Source: Epithemia pelagica (Eukaryota > Protista > Bacillariophyta). Taken from it: a stretch of DNA of 64,000 nucleotides. The stretch's first letter is position 1; every line of letters starts with the position of its first letter. The notes under the pieces are model-generated. The model was not told where the DNA came from. It saw nothing but the letters and a program-made list of their open reading frames with translations, and did no database searches. This document shows, piece after piece, positions 21,201 to 32,590 of this stretch. The position numbers were made by a program, and so were the translations under genes. Location of the stretch: NCBI GenBank assembly GCA_946965045.2, contig OX337235.1:3162001-3226000 (forward strand). Reading direction: 5' to 3'.

Positions 21201-22140
21201 GTACACCAAGGACCCTGACGGAACCCTAGTCTCTGATCCACGCCGATATATTAGCAAAATGATGGACACCTTCGAACGTATCTTCAAAGAGAAACCCAAG
21301 AAGGCTAAAACCCCTCTCATTGCTGGTGATCATCCGGAATTGGACGACACCGAACTCCTTGATGAAGAAGGTACACAGCACTTCCAGACCTTGATTGGAC
21401 AGCTTCAGTGGGTGATTACAATTGGTCGCTTTGATGTTTTTACTGCTACGATGACCCTTTCCAGGTTCCGCGCAGCTCCAAGACAGGGACATCTCAACAG
21501 AGCTACACGCATCTATGGATACCTTTTCAATCTTTCTGATGGTGCAATCAGATTCCGAATCGGAGAGCCCGATTTCTCAAGCATTCCAAGTCAAGACTTT
21601 GATTGGAGTTGTATGGTCTATTCAGATGCCAAGGAATACATCCCTCATGATTGCCCAGAACCACTTGGACGATATGTGACGACAATGCACTATGTTGATG
21701 CTAACCTTATGCACGACATGATCACAGGAAAGTCTGTAACAGCCATCCTGCATCTCTTGAATGGGACACCAATTGATTGGTACAGCAAACGACAGAGCAC
21801 TGTGGAAACGGCAACATATGGATCAGAATTTGTGGCAGCAAGGACAGCAGTCGACCAAATCACTGAATTACGGCATTCACTTCGTTACCTTGGAGTACCA
21901 ATCAGGGATCGCAGTTATCTGTTTGGAGACAATCGATCTGTGGTTGTTAACGCAACAATGCCTCATTCTATCTTGTCCAAGAGACATCATCTCCTTTCAT
22001 ATCACCGGGTACGAGAAGCGATAGCAGCGCAATACGTTGCATTCTATTGGAAGGATGGGAAGACCAACCCTGCCGACATCCTCAGCAAGCATTGGGAGTT
22101 TGCAACTATTTGGCCTCTACTCAAGCCCCTATTGTTTTAG
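18224..22140 (+). pseudogene. pol: Copia pol (protease, integrase, chromodomain-like segment, RT, RNase H) with a 1-nt frameshift near 20150-20156
   Basis: Protease LIDRGANGG; integrase ATDLIFSD / LISDGG / SEPYHQHQNKAENR; RT KARLVADG, DIGNA, KAIYGL, YIAVYVDD; RNase H YVDA...DN.SVV...PADILSK. Confidence 0.92.
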
Positions 22141-22198
22141 AGAGGAGAAGTTCAAGATCTCTACGAATCCAGCGATGACAAGGCTGAACCAACGAGCT

Positions 22199-22206
22199 GT
22201 GGGGAG
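22199..22206 (+). promoter_or_regulatory. Polypurine tract (GTGGGGAG)
   Basis: Directly abuts the 3' LTR start. Confidence 0.7.
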
Positions 22207-22972
22207 TAGTAGAACTCTCACCGAAAATCATCGGTTAGGTTCGGCACCTCATCGGTTAGTCGAGTCCCGTGGTTTCAAACATCACCTACATCACCTACAT
22301 CCACACTACATACCTAGCTTCGCGCTAGCTCAACATATATTTCGGTCGCATATACCAAAAAGTGAGAACAGATTGACGAACGTGCTACCAAGAATCAACT
22401 TTGGTCTTGATATCCCATCAACGGACGATCATCCGTTGAACATCCGAGCCTGACCTATGCCCTAAGCGTGCGCGCCCAAATTCGTCAAGACGCGCGCAAG
22501 AACTATCCGAGCGTGGCGACCATGTATCCGACCCAACGGTCTAAATACACAAGGCACGAATCACGATCACGCGAGACCATATCATCGTTCCCACTATTTC
22601 AAGATTGCAAACAAGGACGCGCCAACAAAACTACATATACCAACTTTAGCCAAGATTCGTTGAGGCTGTACATGATATACAAGCACATATACATGTTATA
22701 TACCTCACATACATCAACTCCAACCATTCCAGTCCTATCACCGCCAAGAACCTATTTCACACGATCGACAACAAGAATGGAAACCTCACACACCAAACCT
22801 AGTAGTAAGCTCACAATCATTAACATTACCATATCATCACGTCTTCAGTGTCCTGACTATCCCTACGATAGAACCCTTGGGTTTCCTTTGTTCTCGGACC
22901 CGTGGAGAACCTTGGTATCAGTTGGTAATCGATTGTGGCTCTTCTACAGCGTGTACTGACGGAATTCTACTA
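22207..22972 (+). repeat. 3' LTR (766 bp)
   Basis: Same as the 5' LTR plus the 30-bp insert GGTTTCAAACATCACCTACATCACCTACAT. Confidence 0.95.
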
Positions 22973-24622
22973 AGAAGATTGGGAATGATCTCTCATCAGT
23001 TTCGTGGTAGCTACGTAGATAGGACATGGTCGTCCCACGGAACATGCATCGTTCATTTCATGCGCTCCACAAACTGGCTCGTGACAAGCATTTCAGAAAC
23101 TTTGCGTCCTTCCTTGTCTTGTTCTTGGTGTTGTGTTCGTCTTGTGCACACACACCGTAAAGAGAGCGATCCAAAGCAGGATTTATCGAGAACGATGGTA
23201 TTATTGCTTGTGATGTTCCAAACGATGCCATCGTTGTTTGCTGTCGACAATGTCGGTTCACATCATGGAGGTCCCATTGTTCCACTTGGAACGATGACTG
23301 GCGTCGGCTTACTTTGTTGCGCGACGACATGACCAAACCACCATCTGTTGTGGTTCTCTTGCACACGCGCCAGAAGAGGCACTTCGCTTCTCTCGAGCTT
23401 TCATGCAATCCGCCGGAGTTTGGAGGAGCTAAAGGTTCTCGTTGTCTCGTGTTGGTTCGCATTTCAATGGAATTGAGATTTTGAGACGATAGATTGAGAG
23501 AAGAGAGAAGAGAGGGTTGAGCCCATAGTGTCTTCAGCGTACTATCTTGAGCTATACTCGTTACTCGTATGATCAATTTATATGGGAAAATGTCTGCCGG
23601 AACTTTAAAGTAGCGTTCGTGCGATAGGGGCTGTCGCCAGTGTGGACATTCTGAATAGAAAGGCTAAATTCTATTAAATATATTTAGTTTCTTTTAGTGA
23701 GACAATCAATTCTCGACTGGCTCATACTTTCTACTCCTGGAGACTAGGTACTAATTAGCTTGTGTAGCTGGACCTCAGAAGATTCATTCACACAGACGGA
23801 TGACGGTCAGACTTATATGATGGCAAGGGACTTGGTCGCAAACCACAGTTCATAGTAGAGCCCTACACTTTATTTTGATAGGCCTCACTGAAGGGCATTG
23901 TAAATTTTAGCTAACAAGTGACGTAGTATTTGCACAATGCGAACCATCATTCATCTGGCGCAATAGCACGGCTGCAGTGTTCGCTTTTTCTAGTTATGCA
24001 CAATGGCTCACCTTCTGAGACGGACATGGAGAAGACGCAGAGTTTCTGTGCTGTGACGCATGATAATTCTTTGGTCGTTCGCAGTTCGCAGTCTCACACA
24101 GAGTGCCATCTGCGCCATGATGAATGATGATAGGACGCAAGATGCAAGGAAACACAAAGGGAAATGGCGGAAGGAAAGACGTCGTTGCGAGCAACAGTCG
24201 ATGTGTCAAAAGTCTCTGCATCCCCAAAAAATCAATCGTTGCTCTCTCTCTCTCTCCCTGCAAACGAGAGTCCACAAGTACCTACCGTAGCTCATCTCAT
24301 TTGTGTTGGTTGGTGTGTCTGACCCAAACAAACAATAAATAGAGAAGGAGTCCTTGTTGTGAGCCTGTATTGAACCTTGAAAGCAATTAAGTTTGTGAGG
24401 GAAGGAAGAAGGGAGCGCCTTGGTCCCTTGCGTATCCTCGTATCGTTTGTTTTGCAGCAGCCAAACCACAAAGCAAGCAACTGAATCGAGCGAACCATAG
24501 AGGAGGAGAGAAGATACCTTGTCATCATACATCGGATCCATTGCCAAACACACACATTTCTAACTGACTTCCTTGGTTTTTGTTTGACTGGAACAGCCAA
24601 AAGCACAAGCCTGAAACCAAAC

Positions 24623-25894
24623 ATGTTCTTGTCCTCGAAACAGCGGTTCTTGCATCATTTGTCGCATCAAAATGCGCACGCCATTGCCTTGCTGTGTGCG
24701 GGCAACTATGCTGCCGCTTGTCATGTATTCACCACAGCTATAACTCTCATGGAACAAGCCTACGCGGAACCACAAGATGATGACTACGAAGAAGAAGAAG
24801 ACTCTTCCAGTGTCGACCAGGACGAGGAACTCGAAGAAGAAGAAGGCGAGAACGGATCTTCTTCCAGAATATCCACAATACCATCAACAGCAGCAACTAC
24901 AGTCGGTCCATCAAGTACTACTGCAAATCATCATCCTGCGACGCTCCATACTGAACCAAGCCTTTGGAAAGGACAGAACCTGCACGAAACATGGAATCAA
25001 GAACCTCAAGAGCCGACCAATTTGTTTGACCTCTTTTGCACAGTGCCCTTCTCATTATCATCGTCCTCTTCCTCCTGTTTCTTGTACCATCGAGCCTTGA
25101 CCATTCCATTGGCCTTGCAACCAGCCGAATTGGATTGCGATTATCACTTGCTTTCCTGCATACTATCCTACAATTGTGGCTTGAGTTGGCACTTGCATGC
25201 CTTGTCGTCGTCATTGTCGGCTCGACACACGAAACAAGAAGATGAGGCGTCCTTGGAACTGGCCTTGCTTCAATACGAACTTGCCTTGGGACTCGTCAGT
25301 GTCTTGCAAGCGCCGGATGATGACGAGGAGGAACACCAGCACATGCAAGTGGACGACGATCCGAATCCTCTGTCAGACTGTCCCAAGAGCTCGCCACATC
25401 TACAACAAGCACCACAAAAGATTTGGTGTCGTCACCATCGTACGAGTCTCAGTCACGTGTTGGAATTGGTCTTGTTGAACAATTGCAGTCACATTCACAG
25501 TACCTGTCTCGAACGACGACATGCTCATATTTGCCTGGCACGCATGGGTCAATTGTTACGGGTTTTGCTCCCGGACGCAACCCACAAAAAAGCCAGCCAC
25601 CATAGTTCTTTTTCGTTCGGGAGTTTGGCCACCCACACGGCTGCAACCACCACCAACCGCATTTGTCTACCAGCAACCACAGCCGCACTTTCTGCATCGT
25701 CGCCGCCGTCCCCAGTTTCATCATCATCATTTCGTTCCAGTCCTTCTCCGAACGACGACGACGACCACGAGGAGTCATCCTCCTCCTCCTACTCCTCGAA
25801 TGCGTCGCTGGTCGATCCAAATGAATTGTCGTGGTTTTCCTGGAACCTGGTCTACAATGCCACACAATATCTACGACCAGCTCCCATGGCTTGA
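24623..25894 (+). CDS. Hypothetical TPR-like helical protein with acidic/Ser-rich linkers
   Basis: HQNAHAIALLCAGNYAAACHVFTTAITL, LSYNCGLSWHLHA, LALLQYELAL and LVLLNNCSHIH are TPR-like helices; long intact ORF. Confidence 0.7.
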   Translation: MFLSSKQRFLHHLSHQNAHAIALLCAGNYAAACHVFTTAITLMEQAYAEPQDDDYEEEEDSSSVDQDEELEEEEGENGSSSRISTIPSTAATTVGPSSTTANHHPATLHTEPSLWKGQNLHETWNQEPQEPTNLFDLFCTVPFSLSSSSSSCFLYHRALTIPLALQPAELDCDYHLLSCILSYNCGLSWHLHALSSSLSARHTKQEDEASLELALLQYELALGLVSVLQAPDDDEEEHQHMQVDDDPNPLSDCPKSSPHLQQAPQKIWCRHHRTSLSHVLELVLLNNCSHIHSTCLERRHAHICLARMGQLLRVLLPDATHKKASHHSSFSFGSLATHTAATTTNRICLPATTAALSASSPPSPVSSSSFRSSPSPNDDDDHEESSSSSYSSNASLVDPNELSWFSWNLVYNATQYLRPAPMA

Positions 25895-26100
25895 CTCGAT
25901 CCACCGGCTTTTTGGTGTGTGCGTATGTATGTACATAGATGCTTTTTCTTCATTTCTGGCACGGCAGCAATGAGAATCTCGGTGTGAGCTCCATTTTTCT
26001 TTTTTTTCATAATCACAGTTTATAGACATGCTTCTGTTTTCTTTTGGAACCTGCACTGGGAATAGATTCTTAGTTCCGTGGGGTACCGACACCGACAATA

Positions 26101-26304
26101 ACCGTGTAGAAACAAAGTAGTACTACTAGCGATGAATGTCTCGACTACTACGTGACGTACAACAGCAGAACATTAACACCTTGCGAGCCACCACACAACA
26201 ATTGGTCGAACAAAGTGGATCTCTCTAACCGACAAGAATAATACAACCGTGTAGAAACAACCTAGATAGTACTACTAGCTAGCAATGAATCTCTCTACTA
26301 CTAC
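26101..26304. repeat. Imperfect ~55-bp direct repeat (ACCGTGTAGAAACAA...TAGTACTACTAGC...ATGAAT) at 26101 and 26246
   Basis: Directly visible, between two convergent genes. Confidence 0.7.
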
Positions 26305-26689
26305 TTAAGAAACGAGTTGACACAAACACGCCATGGGGGAGCCATCAGCACAGTGAGATTGGTCGATCGAAGGAAGTTGATCTCTGTATCATGGAACCAA
26401 TCTAGAAAAGTGACACCCAACAACCACAACACCACACTCGAACTTGACAGGGTCGATTCGACCGACAGAAAGACATATTGACATCTAGGACACATACATA
26501 CAGTCACGCCTCCACAGAGACAAAACACGGTTCAAGTTGTTGGTCGACTGGACCATTTCCTTCCAAGGTTGTTTGGTAAAACTTGTAGGGTCACACGACG
26601 GAGGCCTGCCCAATGAGGTGGCTTTTTCAAAGGTATCGGTTGCACCATTTTGGATTCTGCGGTTCTCTCGGTTGCATGAGACTTTTATG

Positions 26690-28180
26690 TTAATTGGATG
26701 GTACAGTATTGTGGTGGTTCCAAAAGCGAGACATCCACGCTCCCCGCGGGTGTGCCGGGCGTCGTGGCGATGACAGGGGGACCGCTTCTTCCGATGCCAC
26801 GACAGTGGTGGGCGATGTGGTGACGGCCACCATCCATCGCATTCGACGAAGGCTGGCCCGACGGTTCTTGGTGGTACTACTACTACGACTCGTAGTGGAA
26901 TGACAATGACTCAGGTCCCGTTCGCGTTTCAAAATTTCCTTGAGAATGCCCACTTCCAGGCGCAAGGATTCCATGTACTGCGTGGTGCGTTCCCAATCAA
27001 CGCGGCGTTGCTGGACCCGTTCCAAGGCCAATTGGGAGGAAGACGACGACAAGGACGATGACGACACGAGACGGGCTGGACCGCCTCGAGCCGCTTCCAA
27101 CAAGACGGCAATTTTTTCCTTGGCCGACAAGGAGGGTGTCATGGTCAAGAGTGAGGTGTTGTTGTTCTTGTTGTTGTTGGATGGCTTGGACGAAGTGTCG
27201 TTGGAGTTGTGAACCACCAAACTGCGAGGGGACGATTCGGCAGTTTGCGTTTGTTGTTGTGCTTGTGCTTGTTGCTGTTGCAGTTTCAATTCTTGCACTT
27301 GCTCCATCAAGGCATTCAAGACGTGTTGCTGGGCTTGCAACCCCGCGTGTAGTTCCTCTTGCAATTGTCGCAACAAGGTTTCTTCCACCGACCCATGGGT
27401 GGTGGTGCTTGTCGTTGTGGTTTGTATGCAAGTTGCGCCATGTTCGAGCAATGAGGGCGGCACGATCAATTCCAATCGAAGCGTACTACTCGAAGGATGG
27501 TTTGGATGGTCGAGCAAGGCCTGATACAAGACGGCATTGCTCGTAATGGAAACGACATCGCCCTCGCGGTCTCGGTACCGCAATCCCCAGCTGCTCGATG
27601 ATGACGACGACAACAAGGATTCGTGGAGCCGAGCGGCTGTGTGGGGGAGTCCGGCTTGGGTACAGGCCTCGACAATGGCGCGTTTCAAGGCGGACAAGGA
27701 CGGACCCTTGGCAACGGTCGTTTGGTGGACAGCAAGGTCGGCATCCTCGTCATGGTGGTCGTTGACACCACGCACGACAATCGTTGGTTCCTCGTCGCCC
27801 ACACCACAAAAGGCATCGAGCGGAATTTGAAGGACAGTGGGAGTGTCACAAAGAGTGTTGTCTGCAGTAGTGCACCCTACAAAGTTTCGAACCCCCGCAA
27901 CAAATCAATGGTATAGTTTTGGTGTGGTGTGAGCCAGTCGTACATGTCCACACAACACCAAACAAACCATAGTCCCTAGATACGTACCATCGTCCGTCTC
28001 TTTCTGCCATAATTGAGGTGGTACTTGCACTTTGCAAAATCGCATCGACAAAATGGGTGTACCAACCGAAAACGAGGAGGACGAACTCGACGTGGATTCG
28101 TCCAACGTGCATTCCGTCGTGGTGGTAGTTGGGGAGTCCATTCGATCGAGAAACCGTTTGCCATGTCGGGTCTGGTCCAT
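26690..28180 (-). CDS. PB1-domain / coiled-coil protein, 2 exons (28180-27988, 27876-26690), ~459 aa
   Basis: OPCA-like motif WGLRYRDREGDVVSITSN; Gln-rich coiled coil; the GTACGT...TTGTAG intron joins in frame. Confidence 0.75.
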
Positions 28181-28712
28181 AATGATGGTTAATTTGGGTT
28201 GTGTGGTTTTGTTGTGGTTTGTCACAGTTGAGCGTTGAGCTTGTTCTTCTTCTTCTTCTTCTTTTTGACAGCTCGGTTCCCTCCCAACGTTCGAAGAAGA
28301 GAAGGTTCGTAAAAAAGGAGAAGGCAGAGGTGATATTATCAATCGATTGATAAACCAGAACACGCAAACTCTCTCTCTCTCTCTCTCTAGAGAAAAGGAA
28401 GCCCCAACCAAACAACCGATGCACAAATGGAGCAATACGTGGGATTTGTGTCGGTAAAGCGAAAAAATGAATGAGTGAGAAACCAACGCCGGCCGTATTA
28501 GCTCTGTCGAAAGTTGGTTCGGCAAACACGGAGGGAAATGACACCGAGTTGGACCGGCGCGACTCAGCGTTAAGTAAAATGAGATGCCATCGCATTGGAT
28601 AGAAATTCGGAGCGTTTATGGTTTTGAAAGTCCGTAAGAAATTTAGATAATACCATGAATACAAACGCGGAGGCTTTCCAATCCCCCAAAGAAACCGTTA
28701 CGCAGACTCCTA

Positions 28713-28743
28713 CAAGCTGGTTCACGTTGCGGAGTGCATGAGT
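28713..28743 (+). repeat. Left terminal inverted repeat
   Basis: Reverse complement of 35653-35683 except at position 2. Confidence 0.93.
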
Positions 28744-29090
28744 TTTTCATAGTGGGAAATTGTATACTACACTTTAGCCCACAGTACCCCAGCGTTTCGG
28801 ATCACTTACGGTTTTCGTGTTCCTCACATTTTGTCACGCACATATTGAAAAATGCAAAATGCAATAACGACTAGTGACCGCTTCATGCGACGATGGCCAT
28901 TCGCCGGTCGAAATGCGAAACACCACCCAACCTAATCGATAGGATAGATATAAAAGTAGTAGAAAATCATAGGGGTGTCGCGCATTTCGACCTGTGGTTC
29001 AGTCTCCAGGAGCAGTGAAAGTAGCTACTGTCGAACATCGTGGGCAGTCCCCTCATCCTCCATCTCTCTGCCTGTGCCCGAACAGACAAA

Positions 29091-32000
29091 ATGGTTCAAT
29101 CATATACAGGGCCATACACAACCATATGCGACGAATTTGGCTTCAGATGCCATCCAATACGCTTCCTCTGGACAAACCGGTGGATTATTGACGCTGAGAT
29201 TGCCGTCTTCTTGAAGCAGTGGATTCCGGAATTATCCGACGCAACAATGATGAATCGATCTTTAATGCGCTCAGGTAGTGAATGGCGACTCCATTTCCTA
29301 TCGCAAGAGTGGAATCCCAAGGGTATCTACCGCCACGAGGTGCGACGTCGAGGTGGGAAACAAATATTCTACTATGTTTCGGCTCGTCAGACCGATCCAC
29401 CACCTCAATTCAACCACACTATTGACGAGTGGCTTAAATTCATAAGCCACAATCGGATTCGAATTGGAGGGAGGAACAAACGCAAGAAACCCACAACACC
29501 AATCAAGGATGATGAAACTGCCACAACGGCAGCGTCATCACCACCAAGCCCAGAGCAGATTTTGGAAGAGGCACTGGAAACCACCACAACAACAACAACC
29601 ACAGGCACAGGAAACGACAATGGAAACAACAACAACAACGAGCATTCCAATGCCTCCAGTGACTCTTCTGCCGTAGATTTCTTCGACCGGCCCGTTGTGA
29701 GCAAAATCTTTGGTCCGAGAGTGAATGAGGAGACAACGAGAAAGAAGCTGGAACGGTGGATTGAGTCACTTGAAATGGCGGAACAACGGTTTGATTGTTT
29801 TTTGACTCTTGTCAACAAGGGCCAAGATGAGCCACCGCCAAACTCTTGTGTCCCAAAGATGCTTATGAGGATGCGGGTGCTGAGGCTTGCGTATGAGCGA
29901 GCCCTGCACACCATGGAGGATGGTGCCACGTGGACTTCGTGTTGCAAATATGCAACCGAACGGAGTAGAATCTCAAAAAGCGGTCTGCAGAATTGGCGGA
30001 CTGTGCAAAGAGCCAACGTTGCATTCCGGGTCAGCGGCAAGTTCCCGCATCCAAACTGGTACATCCAGATTGGGAAGAAGCCGTGCCCATGCTTTCTGGC
30101 TCAATATCCAGAAGCACTCCCATTGCTGCAGAAGTGGGCGAGCCAACATCTGGAGACCCTCTCCTGCGAGATGGCAGCCATGTACATTCGAGACAGTTTG
30201 ATCCCATTGATATATAAAAAAGAGCAACAGACGGACACCGAAGATGGGGAGCCATCCACAGAGCCGCTCACGTTGGACGAGTTCCGTCAAAAAGTGAATC
30301 TCCCCAGTGTTTCAGTCGGTGCGGCATGGAAGATTCTCACATATGCTGGGTTTCGATTCTCTGAAACAAAGAAGACATACTACACGGACCGTCACGAGGA
30401 CGCCGACAATGTTCAAGCCCGGAAGCAGTTCATCTCGAAATACTTCGAGTTGGAAAAGCTTGCGCATCGATGGATTCAGATTCCATCCGACCAAGCAATC
30501 AAACTAGAAAACGGGGAGATTGAGGGTGTCTCCGAAAAGCTCATGAAGGATGTTTGGGCTTTCGAGTTTCGAGACCCTTCGACGAACCAAACAATGCGAG
30601 AATACCATGTGGATTGTTTTCCTGATGTGTTTTCATCATACATTAGAGATGAAAACAAGCTGCTGGGAGGAAATTTGTCGCATCGTTTCCCTTCTGAGCG
30701 TCGTCCTGTTGTGCTTGTTGGCCAAGATGAAGCCATTTTCAAGCAATGGTCCTTCTCGAAGAAGAGTTGGGGGGACCACAAAGGGCGTGGAGTTCTTTTG
30801 CCCAAAGACGACGGGCACGGTTTAATGCTTAGTGCATTCGTAAGTCGCGCATGGGGGTTCTATTCAGACAACTCAGGCGAAGTTGTCCTGCTCACCCCCG
30901 AGAAGCTAGAGGCAATCAATCAATCTCGTCGAGCGCAGACGTACTTGGCCGAGGACTCTGCCAGTCAAGTACTTGGTGGCAGCAGCAAGCGGATCCGGCA
31001 GATCACGGATGCCAGTGCGTTCTGCACGTATTTTGACTATGGATCCAACAATGATGGCTGGTGGAACTACGATCACATGGCCCTCCAATTTGAGGACTTG
31101 GTTGATTGTTTGATGGTCCTCTATCCATCCTTTGATTTCGCTTTTCTCTTTGACAACAGTAGCGGTCATGGACGAAAACAGAAGGATGGGCTCAACGAGA
31201 AGACCATGAACAAGGATTGGGGTGGAGTGGTACCCAAAATGCATGAGACAATTGTTGAGTGCATCGGTCCATATCCACACCCTCATCGGCTTCAGCCAGG
31301 GTCGAAGCAATCCATGGTATACACGGATGCGGACCCTGGCCCATTTGCTTATAAGGGTGTTCCTCTCACTGAGGAGCAACGACAACGAATGAAGTTCGAC
31401 CACCCAACCAATCAAACAAAGAAACACAAGCTGTCCAAGAAAGAATTGATTGGTGAGCTCATTCGCCATGACATTCAACAAGGAGCTCAACATGGCGACA
31501 GGGCACTTCAAGCCTACCATTCCAAATCCCTTGACCAGCTCCAGGCAATTTCGACAGCAAGGCAGCTACCAACCGAGGTAGACCGAGTTGTCATGGAGCA
31601 GGGCTGGCTCGGGCAACCAAAGGGTCTCTTCCAAGTTCTGGGCGAGCGTGGTTTCATTGACACCACCAAGCTCCAGGAATACCGCAAGGACATGAGTAAG
31701 ACATGGTTGGATGGTTCAGGACAGGTCCGTGAGGACAAGATGGAGGAATACAAGAAGTATTCCTTGACTTACCTGATGGGATCGTGCGAGGACTTCAAGA
31801 ATGAGAGATCAGCCCTCGAACAACTGGCGGCTGATCTCTCGCAGCGATATTCTCGCAACCTTGAAATCCTCGTCACACCAAAATACCACTGCGAACTGGC
31901 GGGTGAAGGGATCGAGTACGCATGGGGTCTTGGGAAGCGATACTTCCGACGCTTGACAAGAAACAAGAAAGGCAACAAGACGAAGTTCATGCAAGTGGTG

Positions 32001-32240
32001 AGAGACAGTATGGGGAAAGTTTCGCTGAGAACCGTTCGCAGGTTCTCAGCGAAAGCAAGGCGGTACATGCTTACCTATTTGTTGTTTGACAGCAGGAATC
32101 AAAGTGCAACAGATGACATCCTGTTTGTCGAAATCGAGAAGTATGTGAATGTGAGTATGAAGACTCACCGGTGCACGCTCGATCAAGAGCACTCGTTCAT
32201 CCAGCAAGTCTGGAAGGAGGCACAAGAAGCAGAACGCTGA
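29091..32240 (+). CDS. Intact ~1049-aa DDE transposase, IS630/Tc1/mariner superfamily, with a long D2-E insertion
   Basis: GQDEAIFKQ (D at 30726), FLFDNSSGH (D at 31152), TPKYHCELAGEGIEYAWG (E at 31914); PKDDGHGLMLSAF and GWLGQPKGLFQVLGERG motifs; first ATG at 29091. Confidence 0.88.
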   Translation: MVQSYTGPYTTICDEFGFRCHPIRFLWTNRWIIDAEIAVFLKQWIPELSDATMMNRSLMRSGSEWRLHFLSQEWNPKGIYRHEVRRRGGKQIFYYVSARQTDPPPQFNHTIDEWLKFISHNRIRIGGRNKRKKPTTPIKDDETATTAASSPPSPEQILEEALETTTTTTTTGTGNDNGNNNNNEHSNASSDSSAVDFFDRPVVSKIFGPRVNEETTRKKLERWIESLEMAEQRFDCFLTLVNKGQDEPPPNSCVPKMLMRMRVLRLAYERALHTMEDGATWTSCCKYATERSRISKSGLQNWRTVQRANVAFRVSGKFPHPNWYIQIGKKPCPCFLAQYPEALPLLQKWASQHLETLSCEMAAMYIRDSLIPLIYKKEQQTDTEDGEPSTEPLTLDEFRQKVNLPSVSVGAAWKILTYAGFRFSETKKTYYTDRHEDADNVQARKQFISKYFELEKLAHRWIQIPSDQAIKLENGEIEGVSEKLMKDVWAFEFRDPSTNQTMREYHVDCFPDVFSSYIRDENKLLGGNLSHRFPSERRPVVLVGQDEAIFKQWSFSKKSWGDHKGRGVLLPKDDGHGLMLSAFVSRAWGFYSDNSGEVVLLTPEKLEAINQSRRAQTYLAEDSASQVLGGSSKRIRQITDASAFCTYFDYGSNNDGWWNYDHMALQFEDLVDCLMVLYPSFDFAFLFDNSSGHGRKQKDGLNEKTMNKDWGGVVPKMHETIVECIGPYPHPHRLQPGSKQSMVYTDADPGPFAYKGVPLTEEQRQRMKFDHPTNQTKKHKLSKKELIGELIRHDIQQGAQHGDRALQAYHSKSLDQLQAISTARQLPTEVDRVVMEQGWLGQPKGLFQVLGERGFIDTTKLQEYRKDMSKTWLDGSGQVREDKMEEYKKYSLTYLMGSCEDFKNERSALEQLAADLSQRYSRNLEILVTPKYHCELAGEGIEYAWGLGKRYFRRLTRNKKGNKTKFMQVVRDSMGKVSLRTVRRFSAKARRYMLTYLLFDSRNQSATDDILFVEIEKYVNVSMKTHRCTLDQEHSFIQQVWKEAQEAER

Positions 32241-32509
32241 AATTCATATTGTAACACATTTACGTACCATAGAACTCCTCTTCATCTTCATACTTGTAGG
32301 CTTGTCATGCACGAGACTCTGTTTCACTTTTTCCAGAAGCAAATTTTATGAGAGAATCTTTTTTGTACGTCTCAAGTGCTGCGAAGTTCATTGGTGACAC
32401 CAAAAATAGACTGGTCCACAGTGTACAAACGACAGTCTGATGACTGTCAATGCGGTTTTCACTCTCATTCGGAAGCTCAAAGGGGTTGGCGTTTCTGCGC
32501 CTTCTCCAA

Positions 32510-32578
32510 AAAGTGCAGCAGCCCAAGTTCATAAAAGTGCAGCAGTCAGAATTTTTCGACAGCGACAAAGTGCAGCAG
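32510..32578 (+). promoter_or_regulatory. Three copies of AAAGTGCAGCAG just upstream of the SET gene ATG
   Basis: Copies at 32510, 32534 and 32567. The regulatory role is inferred from position. Confidence 0.45.
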
Positions 32579-32590
32579 CCTGCAACAGCC

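Larger units (their letters stand above)
14839..22972 (+). mobile_element. Full-length Ty1/copia (CoDi-like) LTR retrotransposon, 8134 bp, 5-bp TSD AGAAG
   Basis: Near-identical LTRs; AGAAG at 14834-14838 and 22973-22977; gag-PR-IN-RT-RNaseH order; polypurine tract before the 3' LTR. Confidence 0.97.

Noticed and set aside
22980-24550. Short ORFs downstream of the copia element
   Set aside because: No motifs or coding-like composition; treated as intergenic.
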